This document shows, piece by piece, positions 35,375 to 40,364 of a stretch of DNA of 40,364 nucleotides. Location of the stretch: IMG/VR virus record IMGVR_UViG_3300025888_000017, positions 1-40,364 of that record; one strand, given 5' to 3'. A program made the position numbers and the translations under genes. Source of the DNA: a virus (lineage: Duplodnaviria > Caudoviricetes). Position 1 is the first letter of the stretch. Each line of letters opens with the position of its first letter. Below the pieces are notes generated by a model. That model saw nothing but the letters and a program-made list of their open reading frames with translations, was not told the origin of the DNA and ran no database searches.

Positions 35375-35578
35375 TTAGTCTGTTTCATTATATGGTCTCT
35401 GGACTTCTGCTACGGGCGCAGCGACTTTTAATACTACGGCTACGTCCACATCCTCTGCACCGTTCTCCCTGAGCCAGTCAGCGGCTTTACGGGCGTTCAT
35501 AAGCCCCGTATATTCCTTTTGTCGATCCCCACCCTTATCGTCTATCCATCTGACGAGGAAGTTAGTTGGTAGTGACAT
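35375..35578 (-). CDS. Hypothetical protein
   Basis: Part of the leftward three-gene operon. Confidence 0.65.
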   Translation of the reverse strand: MSLPTNFLVRWIDDKGGDRQKEYTGLMNARKAADWLRENGAEDVDVAVVLKVAAPVAEVQRPYNETD

Positions 35579-35602
35579 TTAGTAAGTCCCCGTTTTCATA
35601 TA

Positions 35603-35881
35603 TCATGAATCAAACTCCCCGTCTTGCATTCGCCTGTCTGCTTCCGATAAACCCAGTGCTAGCAGGTCATTATGCATATCCATCTTGGGGAAGGCAACCT
35701 TAGTGGCAAAGTCGTGATAATGCCCAGAGCGACAACGCTTGACTATCTTCTCGTACTTAACTGGGTCTTTTTTCTCTAGCTCATCTGCCAGTGCGAACAG
35801 TTTAGTATGTGCCGTGTCCCCCACTGTGGAGACTCGCATTTCATCCTCAAACTTATCAAAAACCCCATCTAGTATGTTCAT
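35603..35881 (-). CDS. Hypothetical protein
   Basis: GHYHDF motif; overlaps the upstream leftward gene. Confidence 0.7.
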   Translation of the reverse strand: MNILDGVFDKFEDEMRVSTVGDTAHTKLFALADELEKKDPVKYEKIVKRCRSGHYHDFATKVAFPKMDMHNDLLALGLSEADRRMQDGEFDS

Positions 35882-36384
35882 AATTCGCCCCCATCCCGCA
35901 GTCTGTCCATTGTCTCTTGTTCCGCTGGTAGAAAATATACTTGCTCGTAGTTGCGGTCAGCGTCATCTAGGGCGCAGTCACCGCGAGTCTTATGGCTACC
36001 ACAAAATACTCTGTAAAGATTCCAGTCGTAAAGTGTTTCTTTATCACCACGGCTCGTCCATGCGTCTAGTCGCTTATATTTAACATCTGCTATGTTTGAA
36101 CAACTTTCTTGATCGCATAGGTAAGAGTCATCAATAAAGTCCCATCCATCGTTTTTATAAATTATTGCCCCGTCAAGGTAGCGAATCGCGTCATTAACAC
36201 TGGAGAACCCAAAACTACCGATACGGTGACCCTTATAGAACAGGTCGGCACTGGCGCTAATACGGTACTCATCCCCCGACATTTCGGACTCTTTCCAGCG
36301 GGGGATAGTCATAATTTTAACCTCATCCCATCTTTGACTATCTGGTCTTGTTGCTTTGTTTGCTATTACTTTACCATTACCCAT
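35878..36384 (-). CDS. Hypothetical Cys/His-containing protein
   Basis: ATG 36384 after GAAAGG; CDQESC...FCGSH..RGDC. Confidence 0.75.
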   Translation of the reverse strand: MGNGKVIANKATRPDSQRWDEVKIMTIPRWKESEMSGDEYRISASADLFYKGHRIGSFGFSSVNDAIRYLDGAIIYKNDGWDFIDDSYLCDQESCSNIADVKYKRLDAWTSRGDKETLYDWNLYRVFCGSHKTRGDCALDDADRNYEQVYFLPAEQETMDRLRDGGEL

Positions 36385-36390
36385 ACTTAT

Positions 36391-36445
36391 CCTTTCAGTT
36401 GCTTTATAGTATCCCCAATATAGCATACACTTACTAATAATTCAA
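36391..36445 (-). promoter_or_regulatory. Early sigma70 promoter PE-L with conserved leader
   Basis: Minus strand TTGAAT-17 nt-TATATT (GTATGCTATATT) then TAAAGCAACTGAAAGG. Confidence 0.8.
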
Positions 36446-36447
36446 GC

Positions 36448-36600
36448 TATAGTGCCCCCCTACCGCAGCTATCCTGAAGTTCCGAGGCAAAGCTTTTACT
36501 GTATTATCTACGACCGTTCAGTACCTCGCCTACTAGGTGATAATTTCCCGAGCTGTATAGACATCGCATTGGCCAGGTTGACGTAGTAGGGGGCATTATA
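36448..36600. other. Nested inverted-repeat element (structured RNA or ssDNA/origin structure)
   Basis: TATAGTGCCCCCCTAC / GTAGGGGGCATTATA outer arms; inner CAGCT/AGCTG, CGAGG/CCTCG, TACTG/CAGTA. Confidence 0.55.
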
Positions 36601-36707
36601 TCAGCGCCTGGACTTAACGTCATCTACAAACTCTTATTCAGTTTTAATGGCTGAGAACATTTTTAGTAAAAGTACTTGTGCAATAAAATAGATATGATAA
36701 CATAGAG

Positions 36708-36750
36708 ATAACTCATGTTAGTTAGGACGTTCCGTAAGGGCGTCCTTTTT
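36708..36750 (+). ncRNA. Putative ~45-nt counter-transcribed antisense sRNA
   Basis: TTGTGC-16-TAACAT promoter (36676-36703); ACTCATGTTAGTT seed; AGGACG..GTAA..CGTCCT-TTTT terminator. Confidence 0.55.
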
Positions 36751-36812
36751 CATACCTGATTTATTACCCCTCTACTTCGCTAGCACTCATGTTAGTTTTT
36801 CAAGTTACTCGT

Positions 36813-36841
36813 ATAATACACTAGAAATAATGGTTATGCAA
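36813..36841 (-). promoter_or_regulatory. Leftward sigma70 promoter driving a micro-ORF leader
   Basis: Minus strand TTGCAT-17 nt-TATTAT. Confidence 0.7.
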
Positions 36842-36843
36842 CC

Positions 36844-37010
36844 AAAAAACACGGCTATTCTGCGGTCTCCATAGTCAGAGATACCACAACCGTGTTAATT
36901 GTTTCGGTGGCGAGGGTGGGCAAGCCAGAGAATAGATAGAATTGTTATCTAGCGAGTGCGGAGGCACTGCTCATGCGATCAATGTGCGCCTAGTATCACT
37001 ACTGGGATAA
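36844..37010 (-). ncRNA. Putative ~165-nt multi-hairpin sRNA
   Basis: TTGTAT-16-TAAAGT upstream (37043-37016); several hairpins; long G-U-containing terminal hairpin followed by U6. Confidence 0.45.
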
Positions 37011-37051
37011 TTCATACTTTACTCGGTTATGGTTAAAATACAATACCAATT

Positions 37052-37149
37052 AGAAAAGAGACCGGAGTGGGCCGATCTCTTAAATGCCAGACGTCAAAGC
37101 AATGAAAAGTAATCGGAGACCCCGAGGGGTAAGAGAATACCGTCTAGCC
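37052..37149 (-). ncRNA. Putative ~97-nt trans-acting repressor sRNA antisense to early leaders
   Basis: GCUAGACG/CGUCUGGC closing stem, unpaired UUUUCAUUGCUUUGA, 10-bp terminator AAGAGAUCGG/CCGGUCUCUU+UUCU; G-U pairs favour the minus strand. Confidence 0.65.
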
Positions 37150-37154
37150 CCTAT

Positions 37155-37184
37155 ATAATAACATGGGTGTGGATAAGTATTCAA
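37155..37184 (-). promoter_or_regulatory. Promoter for the sRNA, with DnaA box in the spacer
   Basis: TTGAAT-18 nt-TATTAT with extended TG; TTATCCACA at 37176-37168. Confidence 0.65.
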
Positions 37185-37193
37185 TGGTAATGG

Positions 37194-37251
37194 TTGTATA
37201 TATGGTAAACGTATGCTATATTAAGAGATACAAAGCAAAGTAAATGAAAGG
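37194..37251 (+). promoter_or_regulatory. Early sigma70 promoter PE-R with conserved leader
   Basis: TTGTAT-17 nt-TATATT (GTATGCTATATT), CAAAGCAAAGTAAATGAAAGG. Confidence 0.8.
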
Positions 37252-37259
37252 TGAATATA

Positions 37260-37964
37260 GTGAAAGAAGAAGATAAATCAATCCAGGGCGAAGTGTTGCC
37301 AAAGCAACCCAAAAAATCTAAGGCGGAGATAGCACTAGACATACGCCAACAAGAGGTGAGGCTTGAGAAGGCTACAGCGGTAGCCACTACAACAACATCG
37401 GCCTTTAACCCTATAGTCTATAGCCAGATGAAACAACTAGCTACCGACCTGATACTAGGGGGCGCGACATCGGCAGACGCCAAGACGCCAGAGCAACTTG
37501 TAGTTAAACTACAGGCTGGATTTGAACTTGGGATGACACCAGTAGAGAGCCTGAATAGCTTATATATCGTCAGTGGTCGCGTCACAATATGGGGCGCAGC
37601 ACTAATTAAAAGACTGAGGATCGCTGGCTGGTCAGTAAACTATAAAGACGAGACGCCAGAGAAGTGCACGATTGTTGTATCAAAGGGCGATGACTTTATC
37701 GAGGATACATTCTACTTTAAGGACGCCCAAGACTCGGGTTATACATCGGGACAAAGCGGTCTAAAGGTAGGGTGGAAACTAGGACAGAATCGTAAACTTA
37801 AAATGCGCTACGGCGCGGCTTCACAGTTAGTCAAGACCTATTTACCCGAGGTGCTCGGAACGATTGCCGGTATCGCCGAGGTTGACGAAGACGCCCCGAA
37901 CCCTATTGAATCAGTAGAAGAGAAAAAAGCTAAACTGTTGGAGAAGTTAAATGAAAATAATTAA
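37260..37964 (+). CDS. RecT/Redbeta-like single-strand annealing protein
   Basis: GFELGMTPVESLNSLYIVSGRVTIW pattern; adjacent to a YqaJ exonuclease; GTG 37260 is better spaced from GAAAGG. Confidence 0.7.
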   Translation: MKEEDKSIQGEVLPKQPKKSKAEIALDIRQQEVRLEKATAVATTTTSAFNPIVYSQMKQLATDLILGGATSADAKTPEQLVVKLQAGFELGMTPVESLNSLYIVSGRVTIWGAALIKRLRIAGWSVNYKDETPEKCTIVVSKGDDFIEDTFYFKDAQDSGYTSGQSGLKVGWKLGQNRKLKMRYGAASQLVKTYLPEVLGTIAGIAEVDEDAPNPIESVEEKKAKLLEKLNENN

Positions 37965-38631
37965 GATCAGTCAATCTGGTGACCGCGAGAACTGGCTTGA
38001 ATTACGCAAGGGTGTAGTTACAAGCACTAAGGCTAAAAATGTTAAGCCACTAAGCCGTGGAACTTCATTACCTACGGGAATATATGAACTACTGGCAGAG
38101 AAGATAGCCATTTCAAAAGATGGCGAGCCAGAGCGCGACAGGGGATTACGACTTGAGAATGAAGCGTTACTGTTAACCCAGGAAAAATATAATCTAGATT
38201 TTGAGTTTGACGCTGGCATGTGGTTTAGTGACGACATGAAGCTAGCCGTCAGCCCAGACGCAAGCGAAGTTAGCGAGAATCCAACCTATGCGGGTGAGGC
38301 GAAATGCCTAGATACAAAAAATCACCTACAGGCGATCTTGAACGACTGGGAAGCAAAAAAGCAACCAGGGTATAGCCCGCTAGGTTCTCTCAAGATCGGT
38401 ACATCTGACTTCACGGCACAGGTGATTCAATACTTTGTGGTCAATCAAGACCTAGAGGCCCTATACTTCACGCTCTATGATGATCGTGTCGCTCTCGATA
38501 ATGTTACCCACTACGTCATAGTCATTAAGCGTGAACACGTCCAAGAATATGTGGACGGACAAGAGGCATACGAACGCGATGCCCTTAAAAGAGTATATGA
38601 GATGATTAAGACACTAAATGAGGTCAAATAA
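37951..38631 (+). CDS. YqaJ/lambda-exonuclease family protein
   Basis: WLELRKG.VTST, RG..LE..A, SPDA, EAKC, Q..QY. Confidence 0.88.
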   Translation: MKIIKISQSGDRENWLELRKGVVTSTKAKNVKPLSRGTSLPTGIYELLAEKIAISKDGEPERDRGLRLENEALLLTQEKYNLDFEFDAGMWFSDDMKLAVSPDASEVSENPTYAGEAKCLDTKNHLQAILNDWEAKKQPGYSPLGSLKIGTSDFTAQVIQYFVVNQDLEALYFTLYDDRVALDNVTHYVIVIKREHVQEYVDGQEAYERDALKRVYEMIKTLNEVK

Positions 38632-38954
38632 TGGAAGATCACAAGCCCAAACTATACGCTCGTCTCCGTGTAAAAACGGGCGAGTACACCGTAGACGATA
38701 AGACGAAAAACAGATACTCCGAGATCGGGGTGCTGTTTGCCACGCCCCACTTCTCGAATATGTACATGCAGATTGAAACCCTCCCAATCAGTAAAGACTG
38801 GGACGGGCGCATCTATGTGAATCCAGTTGAACCACCAAACGAACAGCCTAAAGAGGATCGTCCAATTAGTCAAATTGAAGCCCTAGAGATAGCCGGTGAG
38901 ATCAAGCGAAAAGATGATGAAGAGAAGATAGATCTTTCAGAAATACCCTTTTAG
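38631..38954 (+). CDS. SSB-like protein
   Basis: Acidic C-terminus IDLSEIPF; in the recombination module. Confidence 0.65.
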   Translation: MEDHKPKLYARLRVKTGEYTVDDKTKNRYSEIGVLFATPHFSNMYMQIETLPISKDWDGRIYVNPVEPPNEQPKEDRPISQIEALEIAGEIKRKDDEEKIDLSEIPF

Positions 38955-39001
38955 CATGACTGACGACACCATAACAGTTGAAGAGATCATCCAGTTTTTG
39001 C

Positions 39002-39499
39002 ATGAATGGAAAAACTCCAGTGTACAGAGTAACCAAAGATAGCACTACAAAGTCAGCAGAATGCCCCGTATGTCACAGTACGAGGCTTCTTCTGTCTGGC
39101 GGAAAGCTCAAGTGTACGAACTGCGGCGAACTGATTGGCGCAATATCAAATAACAAGTATGGCGCGAAGAAGACCGAATATAACGGGCATAGATACGACT
39201 CCCGTTTTGAGTCAGAGTGCGCCGAGATCCTCGACACCAGACTAATCACCAAAGACATAGCCGGTATTGATCGACAGGTAAAGATAGACCTTATCGCCTA
39301 TGGTGAGCACATCACAAATTACTTCATTGACTTCATTATCACCCACAATGACGGGCACAGAGAATATATCGAGGCAAAGGGGATCGAGACCGATTCATGG
39401 AAACTCAAGTTCAAAATGCTCGAAGCAAAGCTAAAACACGAAGAACCTGACGCGGAATTAACCCTTTGGAAGCAAAGATTATATAAAAAAGTCCGCTAA
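39002..39499 (+). CDS. DUF1064 family PD-(D/E)xK endonuclease with N-terminal Zn ribbon
   Basis: CPVC...CTNC; NKYGAKKT..NG.RYDS..E; Y.IDF; EAKG. Confidence 0.85.
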   Translation: MNGKTPVYRVTKDSTTKSAECPVCHSTRLLLSGGKLKCTNCGELIGAISNNKYGAKKTEYNGHRYDSRFESECAEILDTRLITKDIAGIDRQVKIDLIAYGEHITNYFIDFIITHNDGHREYIEAKGIETDSWKLKFKMLEAKLKHEEPDAELTLWKQRLYKKVR

Positions 39500-39504
39500 T
39501 AGTA

Positions 39505-39563
39505 TTGACTTTGATGTAACCGTATGCTATATTGGTGAGTAGGTCACAAAGCAATGAAAGACC
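39505..39563 (+). promoter_or_regulatory. Early sigma70 promoter PE3 with loop-displayed conserved leader
   Basis: TTGACT-17 nt-TATATT (GTATGCTATATT); GGTC-acaaagcaatgaaa-GACC hairpin. Confidence 0.8.
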
Positions 39564-39744
39564 GAACCAGCGACGGGATGCACACCCCCAAGCCACACAA
39601 AGGTATAAGGCACCGCTGGATAACCAAAATAAACAAAAGGAGAAATAAATGTTCTTGGTAAAACGCCACGACCAGCCAAATAAGATCAAGTTTATAAGCC
39701 TCTAAATGGCGAGTATAATCAAAATAGTACATTGAAAATTAAAC

Positions 39745-39873
39745 GATACAGGATGAAGTGCTGGTAGTAAGTTCAAGCGTGAATGAGGCTTGAGTAGGCC
39801 ATAGGTCGTCATTCTGAAACTACTATGAGGTGAATGCCTTTAAATGCTTGCTACTAGTACCTTGTCCTGTATC
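39745..39873 (+). ncRNA. Putative 129-nt structured RNA
   Basis: 28-position basal stem with one mismatch and several G-U pairs; internal hairpins with complementary loops GAAUGA/UCAUUC. Confidence 0.65.
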
Positions 39874-39907
39874 ACACCACAAAACTAATTAAGGAGAAAT
39901 CAAAGAG

Positions 39908-40108
39908 ATGGGTAAACCAAAAACAACAGAGCCGACAGTGCCGAAAGCACCTAAAGCCCCAAAAACAATCAAAGTAAGCACACTAGTCACCTGCGGAATC
40001 ATCCTACTCGGATTGATCGCCAGCTTTATCGGTGGGATTGTGGTATCCAATCACTACGCAAGCACCGTCCATGCCGAGGCTGTCAAAATATCTTTAACGC
40101 TGAAGTAG
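39908..40108 (+). CDS. Single-pass membrane protein
   Basis: AAGGAG RBS; basic N-terminus then a TM helix. Confidence 0.8.
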   Translation: MGKPKTTEPTVPKAPKAPKTIKVSTLVTCGIILLGLIASFIGGIVVSNHYASTVHAEAVKISLTLK

Positions 40109-40364
40109 TGCCCTCGGCTGAGCCTACTGTCAAAACTAAGGTCGTAGAAGCGCCCACAAGCGCAGTACATGAACAAGTAATAGAAACGCCCTCCGCGCCC
40201 GTTCTCGTGGCTCAGAGCGCCCCACAAGCGCCTGCGTCGAGCCATGAGGACTGGATGGCACAAGCGGGGATCGCAGAATCAGATTATAGCTACGTTGAGA
40301 CACTCATAGGGCTAGAGTCGTCCTGGAACCCGAACGCGGTCAATCCATCAAGTGGAGCCTGCTC
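40108..40364 (+). CDS. Lytic transglycosylase (SLT/Rpf/aggregation-promoting-factor-like), partial at window end
   Basis: Translated by hand: VPSAEPTVKTKVVEAP...HEDWMAQAGIAESDYSYVETLIGLESSWNPNAVNPSSGAC. Confidence 0.8.
   Translation, partial: MPSAEPTVKTKVVEAPTSAVHEQVIETPSAPVLVAQSAPQAPASSHEDWMAQAGIAESDYSYVETLIGLESSWNPNAVNPSSGAC

Larger units (their letters stand above)
1..40364 (+). mobile_element. Tailed dsDNA bacteriophage genome (podovirus-like architecture), near-complete
   Basis: Terminase-portal-scaffold-capsid, ejection/nozzle genes with no tape measure or tail tube, lysis and recombination modules; dense co-oriented ORFs with overlapping start/stop codons; no host housekeeping genes. 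Confidence 0.96.

Noticed and set aside
36663-36716. Ibs-like type I toxin (MSYLYVIISILLHKYFY)
   Set aside because: Hydrophobicity is explained by the AT-rich antisense promoter it overlaps and there is no RBS; kept only as part of the micro-ORF chain
36430-37250. CRISPR mini-array or tRNA in the long intergenic region
   Set aside because: No regularly spaced 25-40 nt repeats (only one 13-nt pair) and no cloverleaf with a TTCGA T-loop seen
39745-39873. Hammerhead, pistol or twister ribozyme
   Set aside because: Conserved cores (e.g. CUGANGA with a correctly placed GAAA) are not present
1-40364. Circular permutation/terminal repeat and alternative genetic code
   Set aside because: Joining the ends stops the transglycosylase within a few codons and no terminal repeat is visible; long genes are intact under the standard code, with TAA, TAG and TGA all used as stops

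Overview
The whole window is a tailed dsDNA phage genome, or most of one; the right end cuts a gene and the two ends do not join. The layout is podovirus-like. Left to right it carries: an early accessory region with two YopX genes and three DNA methyltransferases (1-7.2 kb); two tandem small-terminase-like genes plus TerL, portal, scaffold, major capsid, decoration and fibre proteins (7.2-20.7 kb); ejection proteins including a 1650-aa polyvalent protein with ART-like, LPD38-like and lysozyme-like domains, then tail adaptor, nozzle and fibre (20.8-31.1 kb); a lysis cassette rich in small membrane proteins, an HNH-like gene and a metallophosphoesterase (31-35 kb); three leftward genes; an ~870-bp protein-free switch region (36.4-37.25 kb); and a RecT/YqaJ/SSB/DUF1064 recombination module. 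I recognise no integrase, CI-like repressor, replication initiator, helicase, primase or polymerase. The most striking feature is the switch region. Where a repressor and replication gene would normally sit, there is a stack of sigma70-promoter and terminator-bounded structured small RNAs. One of them (~97 nt, minus strand) carries a loop antisense to a conserved AAAGCAA..GAAAG leader/RBS motif that follows all four GTATGCTATATT early promoters, suggesting an RNA-only repressor or immunity system. A second convergent sRNA/leader pair resembles plasmid counter-transcript control. A Patescibacteria (Saccharibacteria-like) host is my impression from gene content only. All protein assignments are motif recognition by eye, not database searches.
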